A DNA stretch of 64,000 nucleotides from contig JAULAX010000015.1 of NCBI GenBank assembly GCA_032654565.1, positions 576,001 through 640,000 on the forward strand, read 5' to 3'. A model generated the notes under the pieces. It had not been told where the DNA came from. It searched no databases and saw only the letters and a list, made by a program, of their open reading frames with translations. Origin of the DNA: Anaeromyxobacteraceae bacterium. GTDB lineage: Bacteria; Myxococcota; Myxococcia; Myxococcales; Anaeromyxobacteraceae. The translations under genes were made by a program, and so were the position numbers. Below are positions 8,756 through 21,392 of this stretch, in pieces (within the stretch, counting starts at the first letter, position 1; each line of letters begins with the position of its first letter).

Positions 8756-11700
8756 CTAGCCCAGCACCACGCGCACCCGGTGGGTGGCGCCGTCGTCGGC
8801 CAGCGGGATCACCGAGGCGTCGACGGCCACCCCGTCGAGCTCCGCCGTGGCCACCCCGCGGCACCGCCGCTGCGGGTTGGCGACCTCGATCTGGTAGCGG
8901 GTCCGGCCGACGCGCCAGGAGATGGAGAAGCCCGGCCACCCGGCCGGGATGCAGGGGGCCACCTCGAAGGTGGCGCCGGTGCGCCGCAGGCCGAGGATGC
9001 TCTCCAGGCCGGCCCGGTAGAGCCAGCCGGCCGAGCCGGTGTACCAGGTCCAGCCGGCCTGCCCGGCGTGGTCCGGGTGGGCGCAGACGTCGCCGGCCAC
9101 CACGTAGGGCTCGCCCCGGTAGCGCGCCAGGTCCGGCCCGGTGCGGGTGTGGTTGACCGGGTTGAGGAGGTGGAAGAGCTCGGTGGCCTCGTCGCCGCTC
9201 CCGAGCCGGGCCAGCGCCATGACGATCCAGGCGGCGGCGTGGGTGTACTGGCCGCCGTTCTCGCGCACGCCGGGCGGGTAGCCCTTGATGTAGCCGGGGG
9301 CCTGCGTCGAGCGGTCGAACGGCGGCGTCAGCAGCACCACCACCTGGGCCCCGCGCCGCACCAGGTGGGTGCGGACCGAGTCCATGGCCCGCTCGGCCAG
9401 CCGCGGCGGGGCCACGCCGGAGAGCACCGCCCAGGACTGGGCGATCGAGTCGATGCGGCACTCGTCCTGCTGCGCCGAGCCGAGCGGCGTGCCGTCGTCG
9501 TAGTAGCCGCGGCGGTACCACTCGCCGTCCCAGCTCCGCTCCAGCGCGGCGGCGATGCGGACCGCCTCGGCGCGGTAGCGAACGGCCCGCGCCGCGTCCC
9601 CCCGCTCCAGGCAGAGGGCGCCGAAGTCGTCGAGCACGGTCTTGAGGAAGAACCCCAGCCAGGCGCTCTCGCCGCGCCCCTCGCTCCCGACCCGGTTCAT
9701 CCCGTCGTTCCAGTCGCCGCTCCCCATCAGCGGCAGGCCGTGGGCGCCGGAGGTGAGGGCCCGCTCCAGGGCGCGCACGCCGTGCTCGAAGAGCGAGGCC
9801 TCCTCGGCGGAGACCTGGGGCTGGCCGTAGGCCTCCTGCGACTCCGGGGCCAGCGCCGGCGCCTCCAGGAAGGGGACGCGCTCCTCGAGGATGGCGGCGT
9901 CGCCGGTGGTCCGGACGTAGTGGGCCACCGCGAAGGGGAGCCAGGCCAGGTCGTCGGAGCAGCGGGTGCGGGTCCCCCGCCCGCTGGGCGGGTGCCACCA
10001 GTGCTGCACGTCGCCCTCGCGGAACTGCCGCGCCGCCGCGCGCAGCAGGTGCTCGCGCACCAGGGCGGGCCTGGCCAGGGTGAGCGCCATGGCGTCCTGG
10101 AGCTGGTCGCGGAAGCCGAAGGCGCCGCCGGGCTGGGAGTAGCCGGTGCGGGCCCAGAGGCGGCAGCCGAGGTCCTGGTAGAGGAGCCAGCGGTTCATCA
10201 GCACGTCGAAGGAGTCGTCGGGGGTGACCACCCGGACCGCCTCGAGCGTCTCGTCCCAGCCGCGCTCGACCGCCAGCCGCGCCGCGTCGGCCGCCGCGGG
10301 CGTCCCGTGCCGCTCGATCAGGGCCCGGGCCTGCGCCAGGTCCCGCCCCTCGCCGAGCAGGAAGACCAGGCGGCGGGTCTCGCCCGGCTCGAGGGTGACG
10401 GCGACCTGCAGCGCCGCGCAGGGATCGAGCCCGGCGCCGAAGCGGGCCGGGAGCGTCTCCAGGCCGAGCGCCGCCGGCCGCGCCAGGCTCCCGTTCCGTC
10501 CCAGGAAGGCGGTCCGGTCCCCGGTGGCCGAGCGGATCCGGCCGCCGGCCCAGGCGAAGGCGACGCGGCCGGCGAACTCGTGGTTCCAGGCGTTGCTGGC
10601 CAGCACCGCCCCGGTCGGCGCGTCCAGCGCCGTCACCACGTGCTGCTCCTGGCCGGCGCGCGGCGGACCCAGCACCCACTCGCAGTAGGAGTAGACCGAG
10701 AGGCGGCGCCGCAGGGGCCCCTCGTTGGTGAGCGAGAGGGAGGCGAACTTCACCGGGTCGACCGGGTCGACGAAGACCTCGAGCGCCTGGCGGATGCCCT
10801 GGGTGGCGCGGGCGAAGCGGGTGATCCCGGCACCGTGGCGGATCACGAACCGGCCGCTGTCGCGCTGCCGCGGCAGCGGCCCCGGGGTGGGTGACCAGGC
10901 CTCGCCGGTGTCGTCGTCCCGGATCAGGAGCGCCTCGGCGCTCGGGTCGGTGACCGGGTCGTTGGCGAACGGGGTGAGCCGGTTCTCGCGGCTGTTCCCC
11001 GACCAGGTGAAGGCGGCGCCCGACGCCGTCACCACGGTGCCGAAGTCGGGGTTGGCGATGACGTTGACCCAGGGGAGCGGGGTCTCCTCGTCGCCCTCGA
11101 GGACGATGGCGTACTCCCGTCCACCCGAGGTGAAGCCGCCGAGGCCGTTGGCGAGGGCCAGCACGGGGATCTCGGGCTGGGCCATGGGCGGGGGCGGGGC
11201 GCGGGGCCCGCGCGGCAGCGCCAGCGGGGCCGGGTCCGGCTCCGCCGCCGGGAGCTCGGGGCGGTCCAGCTGGTTGGCCAGCGTCCCGGCGCTGCCCACC
11301 AGCACCGCGCGCGCCACGCCGGCCAGCAGGAGCCGCTCGGCCTCGGTCATGCGATCGCCGCGCAGCAGGTAGGCGCCGCCGGGGCGGTGCTTCCAGGCGC
11401 GCCAGGGCCCATCGTCGAGCAGGGCGGTGAGCTGGGCCTGCACCTCGTCCAGGTAGCTGATGGGGTGCTCGTTCAGGATCACCACGTCGGCGCTCAGCCC
11501 CTTGAGCCGCCAGTACTCCTGCGCCTTGAGCGTCTGCCGGACCAGCCCGAGGTCGTTGTCGGAGACCACCCGCACCAGCAGGACCGGGAGGTCGCCGGAG
11601 ACGCCGTGGACCCAGAGCCCCTCCTGCCCCAGCTGGTTCTGGGCCAGCAGCTCGGCGCCGGAGCGCAGCGAGGCGTCGCTGTAGAGCACCCGCGACGCCA

Positions 11701-14700
11701 GCCGCTCGAAGAGCAGCGCCTCCTCGCTGGAGATGCCGAGGTGGTGGAGCCGGCTCCTCGCGTGCGCGAAGGCGAGGGCGAAGGTGCGCGAGGTGGAGGC
11801 CGGGTCGTGGTAGCGCTGGGCCAGCGCCAGCGCGGTCTCGCGGCTGGTGGCCATGCCGGTCGCGAAGGAGAGCCGGACCACGCCCCCGGGCGCCAGCCGC
11901 ACCCGCTGCCGCAGGCTGACGATGGGGTCGAGGAGCACGCCGGTGGTGCCGGTGAGCGGCCGGCCGTCGAGCGCCTGCGGGTTCTCCGGGCCGCGGCCGC
12001 GGCCGAGGAACCGGCCCCGGTCGGTCTCCCACTCCACCGGTCCCTGGGTGCGCCCCTCCTGGGCGATGACGTGCACGGCGAAGAGCTCGACGTCGTCGGA
12101 GGCGCGCGGGCGCCGCCGGCAGACCAGCGCGCCGCTCTCGCGGAGGTACTCCGACTCCATGAAGAGCTTGCCGAAGGCTGGGTGGGCCAGGTCGTCGGCG
12201 TTGGAGGCCAGGACCACCTCGGCGTAGCTGGTGACCTCGAGCTCGCGGGTCCGGTCGCCGTGGTTGGTGACCTCGAGCCGGCGAACCTCGACGTCGTCCT
12301 CGGGGGAGACCGCCACGTCGAGCCGGGTCACGATCTCGTCGTCCCGCCGCTGGAAGGTGGCCTTCTCCATGGTGAAGAGCACCAGGTCGTCGCCGCTCTC
12401 CTGCCCGGTGGGGTGGTGCGTCGGCGACCAGACCCGCCCGCTGCGGACATCGCGGAGGTAGAGGTGCTGGCCGCCCGGGTCGCGGGTGGCGTCCTGGCGC
12501 CAGCGGGTGACGGTGCGTCCCCGACAGAAGCTGGTGCCGCCGCCGGCGTTGGTCACCACCGCGGTGTAGTGGCCGTTGGAGAGGAACTGGGCGTGCGGGA
12601 AGGAGGTGTGGGGCGAGCGGAAGCGCCGCACCGCCGCCGGCGGCACCGGCGGCGCCACCCTCCCCACCTCGTCGGGGCGCGGCTTGACGAAGGCGGCGTG
12701 GCGCGGCACCCGCTCCTGCAGGAGCAGCTCGGTGGCCTGGACGCGCGGGTCGGAGTGGAAGCGCTCCACCATGCGGTGGCCGGTCAGCGCCCCGGCGATG
12801 GCGGCGAGGGTCATCCCCTGGTGGTGGGCGAACCAGGTGCGCACGATGGCGCCCCGGCCCGGCTCCTGGCCGGGCGGGGCCGGGTCGGCCTCGTCGGCGC
12901 GGCGCGGCGTGTAGTCGACGGCCTCGTAGAAGCCGTACTGTCCCAGCAGCCCCTCGCCGGAGAGGCGGCGCAGGTTGGCGGCGGCGGCGGTGGGGTGGAC
13001 CAGCGCGGCCAGCGCGCTGGCGTAGGGAGCCACCACCAGCTCGTCGGCCAGCCCCCGCTTCATGCCCAGGCCGGGGACGCCGAAGGCCTTGTACTGGTAG
13101 GTGCCGAGGTGGTCGGTGAGGTCGTAGGCCGACTCGGAGATGCCCCACGGCACGCCGCGCTCGAGGCCGTAGTCGCGCTGGCGGCGCACCGCCATCCGGC
13201 AGCTCTCGTCGAGCAGCGTCTCGGGGTAGGTGCGCATCAGCAGGAGCGGCATCAGGTACTCGAAGAGCGTGGCGCTCCAGGAGAGCAGGGTCGGGCGGCC
13301 GTGGACGCTGGTCACGGCGCGGCCGAGGTGGAACCAGTGCTTCTCCGGGAGGTCCCCCTTGGCGATGCCGAGGAAGCTGGCGAGGCGGGCCTCGGAGGCG
13401 AGCAGGTCGTAGCAGGACGGGTCGAGCCGCCCCGGCCCCTCGGCGTCGGCGGTCCGGTAGCCGATGGCCAGCAGGTTGCGCCGCCGGTCGTAGAGGAAGC
13501 GGAAGTCCATGGCCTCGGCGAGCGCGACGGCGCGGCGCGCCAGCCCCTCGAGCCGGCCGGCCAAACCCTCGGCGCCGGCCTCGACGGCCGGCTGCTCCCG
13601 CCCGAGCTGGCCGAGGCCGGCCGAGAGGGCCACCAGGGCGCCGGCGAGGTTGCCGCTGTCGACGGTGGAGACGTAGCGGGGCAGGAGCGGGGCCAGGCTC
13701 ACCGTGTCGTACCAGTTGAGCAGGTGCCCCTCGATCCGCTCCAGCCCCTCGACCGTGGTCAGCGTGGCGTCGAGCCGCTCCACCAGCTCGCCGGTCTGGA
13801 TGAAGCCGAGGTCGTGGGCCGCCAGCGTGGAGAGCAGCCCCATGCCGATGTTGGTGGGGGAGGTCCGGTGGGCCGTCTGCGGCGGGGTCTCCTGGACGTT
13901 GTCGACCGGGAGGAAGTGATCCTCCGGGCCCATGAAGGCCTCGAAGTACTTCCAGGTGGTGCGGGCCACCCCCAGCAGGAACTGCCGGTCCTGCTCCCCC
14001 AGGGCGAGGTCACGGCTCGGCATGGGCTGCGAGAGCCGGTAGGCGAGGTACGGGGCGATGGCCCAGAGCAGGAGCAAGGGGGCCGCCGCCGGGAGGGCGG
14101 CGGGGCGCCAGGCGGCCACCAGCAGCGCCCCGGCCAGGGCGATGCCCGGGCTGGCGGCCATGGCCAGGAAGAAGGAGCGCGCCCCGGAGCCCCGCTCCAG
14201 CCCGACGCCGCGGGCGGCGCTGGCGGCGGCGGTCTCCCACTCCAGCAGCCGCCGCCGGGTGATGGCGAGCCGCACCACCGTGACCAGGATGGCGTTGGCC
14301 ATGCCGTAGGCCTGGTTGGCGAGGAAGGCGAGCTGGAGCAGCAGGCGCGCCGCGGTGGCGCCGGCGTCGCCCAGCAGGCCCCGCAGCCAGGTCCGCGCGG
14401 TCTGGCGCGCGCCCGGGCCGGCCAGGGCCTCCGCCCCGAGCAGGAGGAGCGGGAAGGCCAGCGCCGCCACCACCGCGACGGTCCAGGCGGCCGGGCTGCC
14501 CGGCAGCACGGTCCAGGCCAGGAGCAGCAGGACGACGGTGGCGGGGGCGACCTGCGCCCGCCGCAGGTTGTCGAGGATCTTCCAGCGCGAGAGCAGGGGG
14601 AGGCGGTTGCGTGCCAGGCCGCTGCGGGTCGGGACGAAGGGGAAGAGCCAGACCAGGATCTGCCAGTCCCCGCGGGTCCAGCGGTGCTGGCGGCGGGAGT

Positions 14701-16999
14701 GGGCCAGCACGCTGGAGGGGTAGTCGTCGACCACCTCGACGTCGGTCACCAGCCCGGTGCGGGCGTGGAGCCCCTCGAAGAGGTCGTGGGAGAGCAGCAT
14801 GTTGTCCGGGACGCGCCCGTCCAGCGCCGCCGTGAAGGCGTCGACGTCGTAGAGCCCCTTGCCGGTGAAGCTGCCCTCGCCGAAGAGGTCCTGGTAGGTG
14901 TCGGAGACGGCGGTGGTGTAGGGGTCGACGCCGGTGTGCCCGGCGAAGATGCGCGCGAAGCGCGAGCCCGCGGCGCTGGCGGTGGTGACGCTGACCCGCG
15001 GCTGCAGGATGCCGTAGCCCTCGGTGACCCGGCCGCAGGCCGGGTCGAAGACCGGGCGGTTGAGCGGGTGGGTGATGACGCCGATCAGCTTCCTGGCGCC
15101 GTCGCGGGGGAGGCGGGTGTCGGAGTCGAGGGTGATGACGTAGCGGATGAGCGGCAGCACGCGCAGCTCCCCGACCTGAACGTCGTAGCTGGTGTCGGTG
15201 GCGCCGCGCAGCAGCCGGTTGAGCTCCTCCAGCTTGCCGCGCTTGCGCTCCCAGCCCATCCAGGCGCGCTCCCCCTGGTTCCACTGCCGGGCCCGGTGCA
15301 GCAGGAAGAAGCGGTCGCCGCGCCCCTCGCCGAGCCGCAGGTTGAGCGCGGCGATCCCGTCCCTGGCCGCGGCCAGGAGCTCGGCGTCGCCCGGCATGTC
15401 GCGGGCCGCCGCGTCGGCGAAGTCGCCCAGCACGGCGAAGTGGACGTGCGGGTCGAGGTTGCCGAAGGCCAGCACCTCCAGGTGCTCGAGCTGCTGCTCG
15501 ACCCCCGCCACGCTGGTGAGCAGGGTGGGCACCACCACCAGCGTCCGCGCCTCCTCCGGGACCCCGGCGGTGAGGTCGAGGCGCGGCAGCCGCCGCGGCG
15601 GGGCGATGCGGGCCGCCAGCCGCTGCACCATCGCCACCGCCACGTCGCTGGCCGGCAGGAGCAGCAGCAGCGACACCAGCCCCAGCATCCAGGGTCCGGC
15701 CCCGCGGTGGAAGGCGTAGGCGGCGCCGGCCCCGACCAGCGCCGCGGTGAAGAGGGTGAGGGCGCCGAGGTAGAGGAAGGTGGCGTGGGCGAAGGCGAAG
15801 CGGCGCAGGCGGGCCCGCGGTCCCGGCTGCCAGGCCAGGTCGGCCTCGAGCTCCCGGCGCCCCTTGCCGATCAGGTGGTATCCGACGTGGGCGGCGCGCG
15901 CGCCGGCGCCCCCGGTCTCGGCGGCCAGGCGGGCGCTCTCCACCGCCCGCAAGGCCACCCGCAGCTGGGCCTCGCCGGTCCGGTCGGCCAGCTCCTCCAC
16001 CGCCTGCCGGTAGCGGTCGCGGGAGAGGAACTCCATGCGGCCGTGGACGCCGGCCGGGTCACGCTGCAGCACCCGCTCCACCCGGCTCACCGCCTCCACG
16101 TACTGGGTCCAGTCGAGCGAGGCGCAGAGCCTGAGGCTGGTGATGACGTTGGCGACCGAGACCTGGGCGGCCGCCTCGCGCTGGTGCTCGCCACGGACCG
16201 CCTCGTCGGCGGTGGCGTGGCGGGCGGCCAGGTGGGCGTCGAGGGCGCTGCGCACCGCCGAGAGCCGGGGGCCGTACTCGCGGACCCGCTGGAGCAGCTG
16301 TACCACCATGGCCGGGTGGAGGTGGCGCGGCAGCGGCGGCGGCACGCCCTTCCCCTCGGCGTCGATGCGGGCCACGTAGCGCTCGGCCTCGCGGCGGGCC
16401 GTCTGGGCGGACGTGGTCTCGGCGGCGAGCCGGCGCAGGTTCTCCACCAGCGCCAGCTTGAGCATGCTCGGCCAGGCCCAGAGCTCGCCGATGGTGAGCG
16501 GGGCGACGGCCTGGAAGGCGTCGAGCCAGCGCACCAGCTGGGCGTGGTCGAGGCGGCTGTCGCTGTGGCGGATCAGCTCGACGGCCAGGGCGTAGACCCG
16601 GGCGGTGCCGGCCTGCTCCCGCGCCGCCAGCTTGGGCAGCTCCCGGTAGTAGCCGCGCGGCAGGTTCTGGCGGACGTCGCGGATCTCGGTGGCCACCAGG
16701 TGGTAGTTGTCGAGGATCCACTCGGCGGCGGCGGTGACGAACTGGCCGCGGCGCACGTCGTCGGCGAGCCCGCGGTAGGCCTCTCGCAGCACCCGGACGT
16801 TGTCCTCGAAGCGCGGGAAGACGCTGCGGGCCGTGCGGCCCGACGGATCGACGGTGAACCGTCCCGCCAGGGAGCGGGCCCGCTCGTCGAGCCGCTCGAT
16901 GCTCAGCAGCTCGTCGCGGAAGGGCAGCGCCGATGCGTCCGGCTCGGCGCGGGCCGGACCCGAAGCAGGTGACTCGAGCTTTCCAGCCGGAACGGACAC
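8756..16999 (-). CDS. cyclic beta-1,2-glucan synthase (Cgs/NdvB-like; glycosyltransferase region plus C-terminal GH94 phosphorylase), about 2747 aa
   Basis: [68 protein letters not shown] before GTG 16999. Confidence 0.93.
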   Translation of the reverse strand: MSVPAGKLESPASGPARAEPDASALPFRDELLSIERLDERARSLAGRFTVDPSGRTARSVFPRFEDNVRVLREAYRGLADDVRRGQFVTAAAEWILDNYHLVATEIRDVRQNLPRGYYRELPKLAAREQAGTARVYALAVELIRHSDSRLDHAQLVRWLDAFQAVAPLTIGELWAWPSMLKLALVENLRRLAAETTSAQTARREAERYVARIDAEGKGVPPPLPRHLHPAMVVQLLQRVREYGPRLSAVRSALDAHLAARHATADEAVRGEHQREAAAQVSVANVITSLRLCASLDWTQYVEAVSRVERVLQRDPAGVHGRMEFLSRDRYRQAVEELADRTGEAQLRVALRAVESARLAAETGGAGARAAHVGYHLIGKGRRELEADLAWQPGPRARLRRFAFAHATFLYLGALTLFTAALVGAGAAYAFHRGAGPWMLGLVSLLLLLPASDVAVAMVQRLAARIAPPRRLPRLDLTAGVPEEARTLVVVPTLLTSVAGVEQQLEHLEVLAFGNLDPHVHFAVLGDFADAAARDMPGDAELLAAARDGIAALNLRLGEGRGDRFFLLHRARQWNQGERAWMGWERKRGKLEELNRLLRGATDTSYDVQVGELRVLPLIRYVITLDSDTRLPRDGARKLIGVITHPLNRPVFDPACGRVTEGYGILQPRVSVTTASAAGSRFARIFAGHTGVDPYTTAVSDTYQDLFGEGSFTGKGLYDVDAFTAALDGRVPDNMLLSHDLFEGLHARTGLVTDVEVVDDYPSSVLAHSRRQHRWTRGDWQILVWLFPFVPTRSGLARNRLPLLSRWKILDNLRRAQVAPATVVLLLLAWTVLPGSPAAWTVAVVAALAFPLLLLGAEALAGPGARQTARTWLRGLLGDAGATAARLLLQLAFLANQAYGMANAILVTVVRLAITRRRLLEWETAAASAARGVGLERGSGARSFFLAMAASPGIALAGALLVAAWRPAALPAAAPLLLLWAIAPYLAYRLSQPMPSRDLALGEQDRQFLLGVARTTWKYFEAFMGPEDHFLPVDNVQETPPQTAHRTSPTNIGMGLLSTLAAHDLGFIQTGELVERLDATLTTVEGLERIEGHLLNWYDTVSLAPLLPRYVSTVDSGNLAGALVALSAGLGQLGREQPAVEAGAEGLAGRLEGLARRAVALAEAMDFRFLYDRRRNLLAIGYRTADAEGPGRLDPSCYDLLASEARLASFLGIAKGDLPEKHWFHLGRAVTSVHGRPTLLSWSATLFEYLMPLLLMRTYPETLLDESCRMAVRRQRDYGLERGVPWGISESAYDLTDHLGTYQYKAFGVPGLGMKRGLADELVVAPYASALAALVHPTAAAANLRRLSGEGLLGQYGFYEAVDYTPRRADEADPAPPGQEPGRGAIVRTWFAHHQGMTLAAIAGALTGHRMVERFHSDPRVQATELLLQERVPRHAAFVKPRPDEVGRVAPPVPPAAVRRFRSPHTSFPHAQFLSNGHYTAVVTNAGGGTSFCRGRTVTRWRQDATRDPGGQHLYLRDVRSGRVWSPTHHPTGQESGDDLVLFTMEKATFQRRDDEIVTRLDVAVSPEDDVEVRRLEVTNHGDRTRELEVTSYAEVVLASNADDLAHPAFGKLFMESEYLRESGALVCRRRPRASDDVELFAVHVIAQEGRTQGPVEWETDRGRFLGRGRGPENPQALDGRPLTGTTGVLLDPIVSLRQRVRLAPGGVVRLSFATGMATSRETALALAQRYHDPASTSRTFALAFAHARSRLHHLGISSEEALLFERLASRVLYSDASLRSGAELLAQNQLGQEGLWVHGVSGDLPVLLVRVVSDNDLGLVRQTLKAQEYWRLKGLSADVVILNEHPISYLDEVQAQLTALLDDGPWRAWKHRPGGAYLLRGDRMTEAERLLLAGVARAVLVGSAGTLANQLDRPELPAAEPDPAPLALPRGPRAPPPPMAQPEIPVLALANGLGGFTSGGREYAIVLEGDEETPLPWVNVIANPDFGTVVTASGAAFTWSGNSRENRLTPFANDPVTDPSAEALLIRDDDTGEAWSPTPGPLPRQRDSGRFVIRHGAGITRFARATQGIRQALEVFVDPVDPVKFASLSLTNEGPLRRRLSVYSYCEWVLGPPRAGQEQHVVTALDAPTGAVLASNAWNHEFAGRVAFAWAGGRIRSATGDRTAFLGRNGSLARPAALGLETLPARFGAGLDPCAALQVAVTLEPGETRRLVFLLGEGRDLAQARALIERHGTPAAADAARLAVERGWDETLEAVRVVTPDDSFDVLMNRWLLYQDLGCRLWARTGYSQPGGAFGFRDQLQDAMALTLARPALVREHLLRAAARQFREGDVQHWWHPPSGRGTRTRCSDDLAWLPFAVAHYVRTTGDAAILEERVPFLEAPALAPESQEAYGQPQVSAEEASLFEHGVRALERALTSGAHGLPLMGSGDWNDGMNRVGSEGRGESAWLGFFLKTVLDDFGALCLERGDAARAVRYRAEAVRIAAALERSWDGEWYRRGYYDDGTPLGSAQQDECRIDSIAQSWAVLSGVAPPRLAERAMDSVRTHLVRRGAQVVVLLTPPFDRSTQAPGYIKGYPPGVRENGGQYTHAAAWIVMALARLGSGDEATELFHLLNPVNHTRTGPDLARYRGEPYVVAGDVCAHPDHAGQAGWTWYTGSAGWLYRAGLESILGLRRTGATFEVAPCIPAGWPGFSISWRVGRTRYQIEVANPQRRCRGVATAELDGVAVDASVIPLADDGATHRVRVVLG

Positions 17000-17171
17000 G
17001 CTTCCTCCCCCGAGGGGAGTCAGCGCGTCATCTTGACGATGCGTTGGGCTGGCTCTCACCCGCAGCATAGCAGGCTGCGCCAGGGCGCGTTGGAGCCGGC
17101 GGCCGTCCACCGGTCCCTCGCTCCCGGGCGCTTCCATTGCCCGTCCCACGGCCTGTCGGTATATCCCCCCG

Positions 17172-18407
17172 ATGGAACCGAGCCTCCCCGGCCGCCGCGG
17201 CTGGCGGACCCCCGCCGTGATCCTCGCCTCGGGGGCGGTGCTGCTCGCCCTCTCGCTCGGCATCCGCCACACCTTCGGCCTCTTCCTTGCCCCCATGTCG
17301 AAGGAGCACGGCTGGACCCGCGAGGTCTTCGCCTTCGCCATCGCCCTGCAGAACCTGGTCTGGGGGGCGGCCCAGCCCTTCGCCGGGCGGCTCGCCGATC
17401 GGCTCGGCGCCGGCCGGGTCATCCTCGGCGGCAGCGTCCTCTACATCGGCGGCCTGGTGCTGATGGCCTGGTCGCAGAGCGGCACGGCGCTGGCGGTCTC
17501 GGCCGGCCTGGTGATCGGCCTCGGCCTCTCCGGCACCACCATGCCGGTGGTCTTCGGGGCCGTGGTCCGCTCCACGCCGCCGGAGCGGCGCAGCCGGGCC
17601 ATGGGGATCGCCATGGCGGTCGGCTCGCTGGGCCAGTTCGCCATGCTCCCCGGCGCCCTCAACGCCATCGACGCCTTCGGCAGCGCCGCCACCCTGCTCG
17701 GCTTCGCCGCCGTCGGCCTGCTGATGGCGCCGCTGGCCCTGGCGCTCACCGAGGCCCCGGCCGCCGCCGCCCCGGGCGCCGCCCCGCGCGGCCTGCGCGA
17801 GGTGCTGGGCGAGGCGCTCGGCCACCGCGGCTTCTGGCTGCTCTGCTTCGGCTTCTTCGTCTGCGGCTTCCACGTGGTCTTCATCGCCACCCACCTGCCG
17901 GCCTTCCTCACCGACCGGGGGCTCGGCCCCAGGACCGGCGCGGTGGTGCTGGCGCTGGTGGGGCTCTTCAACATCTTCGGCTCCTACGTCTCCGGGCTGC
18001 TGGGCGGCCGCCTCGACAAGCCGAGGCTGCTGGTCTTCATCTACGCCGCCCGCGCCGTGGTCATCACCGCCTTCGTGCTGGCCCCGGTCACCGAGGGCTC
18101 GGCCTGGCTCTTCGGCGCCGCCATGGGGCTGCTCTGGCTCTCCACCGTGCCGCCGACCAACGGCATCATCGTCAGCCTCTTCGGCGTGGAGAACCTGGCC
18201 ATGCTGGGCGGCATCGCCTTCTTCTTCCACCAGGTGGGCGCCTTCCTGGGCGGCTGGCTGGGCGGGCGGCTCTACGTGCTGACCGGCAGCTATGATCTCG
18301 TCTGGTGGCTCTCGGTGGGGCTGGCGCTGCTGGCGGCGCTGCTCAACGTCCCCATCCGTGAGGTCCCGGTGGCGCGGCCACGGCTGGCCGCCGAGCCGGC
18401 GGCGTGA
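17172..18407 (+). CDS. MFS transporter
   Basis: About 12 hydrophobic segments; GRLADRLGA motif A. Confidence 0.92.
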   Translation: MEPSLPGRRGWRTPAVILASGAVLLALSLGIRHTFGLFLAPMSKEHGWTREVFAFAIALQNLVWGAAQPFAGRLADRLGAGRVILGGSVLYIGGLVLMAWSQSGTALAVSAGLVIGLGLSGTTMPVVFGAVVRSTPPERRSRAMGIAMAVGSLGQFAMLPGALNAIDAFGSAATLLGFAAVGLLMAPLALALTEAPAAAAPGAAPRGLREVLGEALGHRGFWLLCFGFFVCGFHVVFIATHLPAFLTDRGLGPRTGAVVLALVGLFNIFGSYVSGLLGGRLDKPRLLVFIYAARAVVITAFVLAPVTEGSAWLFGAAMGLLWLSTVPPTNGIIVSLFGVENLAMLGGIAFFFHQVGAFLGGWLGGRLYVLTGSYDLVWWLSVGLALLAALLNVPIREVPVARPRLAAEPAA

Positions 18408-18532
18408 TCGGCACGGTCCTCAGGGCCGCGGCCTGGATGGCGGTGGCGCTGCTGCTGCTCTGGGCCTTCGCCTCCTACCTGGAGCCGGGCTTCACCGGCG
18501 AGGTGGCCGGGGAGCTGCTGCGCTGCAACTGA
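18404..18532 (+). CDS. small 42-aa single-TM protein coupled to the MFS gene
   Basis: GTGA overlap with MFS stop; [42 protein letters not shown]; below the ORF-track cutoff. Confidence 0.6.
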   Translation: MIGTVLRAAAWMAVALLLLWAFASYLEPGFTGEVAGELLRCN

Positions 18533-18539
18533 CCGGGGA

Positions 18540-19238
18540 CTACAGCCCCGCCGCCGCGGCCCGCAGCACCCCCGGCGCGTCGCGGTCGACGATGGCGCCG
18601 TGGCAGGGGATGAGCCGGGTGAGGCCGGGCAGGTCGGCGAGCCGGAGCAGGTGGGCCTTCAGGGCGGCCCGGTCGCTGGTGAAGAGCAGCTTGAAGATCG
18701 GCACCACCCGTGGTCCGCCGCGGAAGCCGAGCAGCCGGGTCAGGAGCGGCCCGTCCTCGCCGTGGTTCTGGAGGGCGTCGCAGAAGACCAGGCTGAGCCG
18801 GCCGCCGCTCCGCACCAGTTCGACCGGCTCGCCGGCCTTGGTGCCGGCCACCGACTCGAAGGCGACCCCGGGATCGGCGGGCAGGTCATCCAGCGTTCCG
18901 GCCATCTCCCAGCGCGCCCGCATCCGGGTGGCGTCGGCGCGCGGGCCGTAGATCTTCACCCCGAGCTTCTTCGAGAAGGCGGCGGCGTCGACGCCGTGGC
19001 TGGCGTTTCCCACCACCAGCTCGGCCGGCCGGCCCCAGGCCAGCACCTCGGCCAGCGCCGACTCCTCGAGCGGGATGGCGTGATAGAAGACCAGCGTCCC
19101 GTCCTGGCGCCGCGCGATCGACATGCGCCGCGGGACCGGCGTCCCCGGCAGCCTCCCGTCCACGGTCCAGAGGTTGGCCTCGTGCTTCACGATGGGGCGG
19201 TGGGGCGTGACGATCCAGGGGCGCTCGGGCTTGGACAT
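18540..19238 (-). CDS. hypothetical protein, metallo-beta-lactamase-like/DUF4336-like fold
   Basis: NLWTVDG, RRMSIAR, VGNASH, LIPCHG motifs. Confidence 0.7.
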   Translation of the reverse strand: MSKPERPWIVTPHRPIVKHEANLWTVDGRLPGTPVPRRMSIARRQDGTLVFYHAIPLEESALAEVLAWGRPAELVVGNASHGVDAAAFSKKLGVKIYGPRADATRMRARWEMAGTLDDLPADPGVAFESVAGTKAGEPVELVRSGGRLSLVFCDALQNHGEDGPLLTRLLGFRGGPRVVPIFKLLFTSDRAALKAHLLRLADLPGLTRLIPCHGAIVDRDAPGVLRAAAAGL

Positions 19239-19461
19239 GGCATGCCATCTAATGGCCGGTGGGAGCTGGCGCCGCCGGGCCGGACCCGGCCCGTATTGAC
19301 CCGGACGGGTCCCCGTGGCGCCCTCCCGCCACCCGGGCCCGGTGAACACGGGTCGTGACGCGCGGTGTTGACGCATCGTGCTTGACAGAGAGTGATTGGC
19401 GGTCCGATGCTCGCCCAGAGCCTCGGTCGCTCCCGGGGAGCGCCATGGCGGGAGGGGAACC

Positions 19462-20274
19462 ATGCACGTCTCCATGATGAACGCCGCTGGCCGTCTCCGT
19501 GATCTGACCTTCATCCTCCTCCTGGCGCTGGCGCCGAGGCCGGTCGTGGCCGCCCCGGCCTGCGCGCCGGCCTGCCGGGAGGGGTTCACCTGCCTGCAGG
19601 GGAAGTGCGTCACCGCCTGCAATCCACCCTGCGCCGCTGGCGAGCGCTGCACGGCGGACCTCCGCTGCCTCCCGGCCGAGACGCTGGCGCAGCCGGTGCG
19701 GCCCGCCCCCGTGGCGCCACCGCCACCGCCGCCGAGCGCTCCGGCTCCAGCCCCGGCTCCGCCGCCCACCCCGGCCCCGGCCGGAGAACACCGCGGCTAC
19801 CAGATCGGCCTCGCCGCCGGCGCCCTCTTCCCCGGCACCATCGACTTCGACGCCGGCAGCGTGGACACCAGCTCGGGGCTGGTGGGCCGGCTCTCGGCCG
19901 ACGTGCAGGTGGCCCCCCGGTTCGGCGTGGGCGCCTACCTGCTGGTGGCCTCCTTCAAGATGCTCGGTGAGTCCGGAACGGTCACCGGCCTGGGCGCGAC
20001 CGCCAAGGGCTACTTCGCGCTCGGCCCGAAGCTGGTCTTCCGCCCCGGCCTCTCCATCGGCTACCAGTCCGCCAGCGTGGCCAGCAGCACCGACACCGCC
20101 AAGGGGCTGGGGATCTCGGCCCTGGCCGAGCTGGCCATGCCGCTCACCGAAGGGTTGAACGGGTTCGTCCAGCTCAGCTTCATCTCCCAGCCGTCGGGAG
20201 GCGTCTCGGGCGTCACCGACGTGACCTGGGCGCCCATCCTCTTCCTGACCGTGGGGCTGGAGCTGGCGCGCTGA
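19462..20274 (+). CDS. secreted protein: Cys-rich domain, Pro-rich linker, outer-membrane beta-barrel-like C-terminus
   Basis: Signal peptide, 8-Cys segment, PPPPPSAPAPAP linker, amphipathic strands; GGAGG RBS. Confidence 0.75.
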   Translation: MHVSMMNAAGRLRDLTFILLLALAPRPVVAAPACAPACREGFTCLQGKCVTACNPPCAAGERCTADLRCLPAETLAQPVRPAPVAPPPPPPSAPAPAPAPPPTPAPAGEHRGYQIGLAAGALFPGTIDFDAGSVDTSSGLVGRLSADVQVAPRFGVGAYLLVASFKMLGESGTVTGLGATAKGYFALGPKLVFRPGLSIGYQSASVASSTDTAKGLGISALAELAMPLTEGLNGFVQLSFISQPSGGVSGVTDVTWAPILFLTVGLELAR

Positions 20275-20344
20275 GCACGCGCCGCGCTCCGCCTCGACGC
20301 GGACCGGCCGATCCTGGCCGGTCCGCGGGCCGGTCGCCGGGCTC

Positions 20345-20617
20345 CTACCGCTTCTTGGGCTCGCCCTGGTCGGTGCTGCGGTAGTCGTCGGACGCCCCCT
20401 GGCTGGCCGGGGCGCCCGGGGTCAGGGTGGCCGAATCCGTGCGCCTCGGCGCGTCGGCCGGGCTCCGGGTCGACTGGGCGGCGTCGCTCGCCGGGCTGTC
20501 GAGGACCGGCTGGTCCACGGCCGCGGGGAGCTCGGAGGCGAGCGCCGGCGCGGCGCCGGCCAGCGCCAGGAGGGTGGCTGCAGCGCGGAGGAGGCGGGTC
20601 ATTTCCGTGGTGGTCAT
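20345..20617 (-). CDS. small secreted hypothetical protein
   Basis: Signal peptide RAAATLLALAGAAPALA; GGAG RBS; follows the lipoprotein gene. Confidence 0.6.
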   Translation of the reverse strand: MTTTEMTRLLRAAATLLALAGAAPALASELPAAVDQPVLDSPASDAAQSTRSPADAPRRTDSATLTPGAPASQGASDDYRSTDQGEPKKR

Positions 20618-20626
20618 GGTGGCTCC

Positions 20627-21241
20627 CTAGAGGCAGGTGACGCCGGTGTAGCTGAGCGAGGAGACGCTCAGGGCGTAGGCGCTGTTGGTGGTCCCGTCGA
20701 GGTGGACGCACCGGAGGTCCCAGAGGCCGGAGGCGACGCCGTTGAGGGTGAGCACGCCCGACAGCGGGATGTCGGCGGTGAGCTGGTCGACGCCCCAGGA
20801 GGCCGCGCCGGCCGGGACCACGTACAGGGTGGTGATGCTGGAGGAGGGGCCGTTGGTGACCCGGATGGACCCGGAGAAGGCGCTGTTGCTGATCGAGGTG
20901 GGGTAGGTGGTGCCCGCGGTGATCGGCAGGTTGGAAGTGTAGGCGTAGTAGCGCCCCACCGCGCCGACCGACACGGCCTTCCCGTCGTAGCTGTTGGGGG
21001 CGAGGCCGCCGAGCGTCCAGGTCGTGCCCGGGGCGATGGCGGCGGTGTTCTGGATCGACCCCCAGACCGTGGAGGTGGTCGGCGAGACATAGACCTCGTG
21101 GATGGTGGCCGAGGCGTTGTTGGTGACGGACAGCGAGCCGGTGGTGGGCGGCGTCGTCTTGGTGGAGCCGCCGCCGCAGGCCACCAGGCCCGCGGCGAGG
21201 AAGAGCAGCAGTGCAACTCTGGACATCGGACCATGCTTCAC
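20627..21241 (-). CDS. lipoprotein with two internally repeated beta-rich domains
   Basis: Lipobox LVAC-GGG; repeats S.SVTN...I.E/TLYV.P....WG occur twice. Confidence 0.8.
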   Translation of the reverse strand: MKHGPMSRVALLLFLAAGLVACGGGSTKTTPPTTGSLSVTNNASATIHEVYVSPTTSTVWGSIQNTAAIAPGTTWTLGGLAPNSYDGKAVSVGAVGRYYAYTSNLPITAGTTYPTSISNSAFSGSIRVTNGPSSSITTLYVVPAGAASWGVDQLTADIPLSGVLTLNGVASGLWDLRCVHLDGTTNSAYALSVSSLSYTGVTCL

Positions 21242-21392
21242 GGGGTCGCTCCTTCCGTGACTGAAGTGGACAGCCGAGAGGACAGCTCCAGCGTCAAATG
21301 ACCGCAGGGGTCCGAGCCTACGCTCTCCCCCAGCACGCAGAGTGCATTTCGCGCGAGGCCGAACCGCGACAAAATGTCGCCCCCCTGTCTGG

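Noticed and set aside
8748..16972. Very long alternative-frame and antisense ORFs (1466, 1861, 704 aa) and similar ones across the window
   Set aside because: Shadow ORFs of high-GC coding DNA; Arg/Gly/Pro/Ala-rich with no motifs and overlapping well-supported genes
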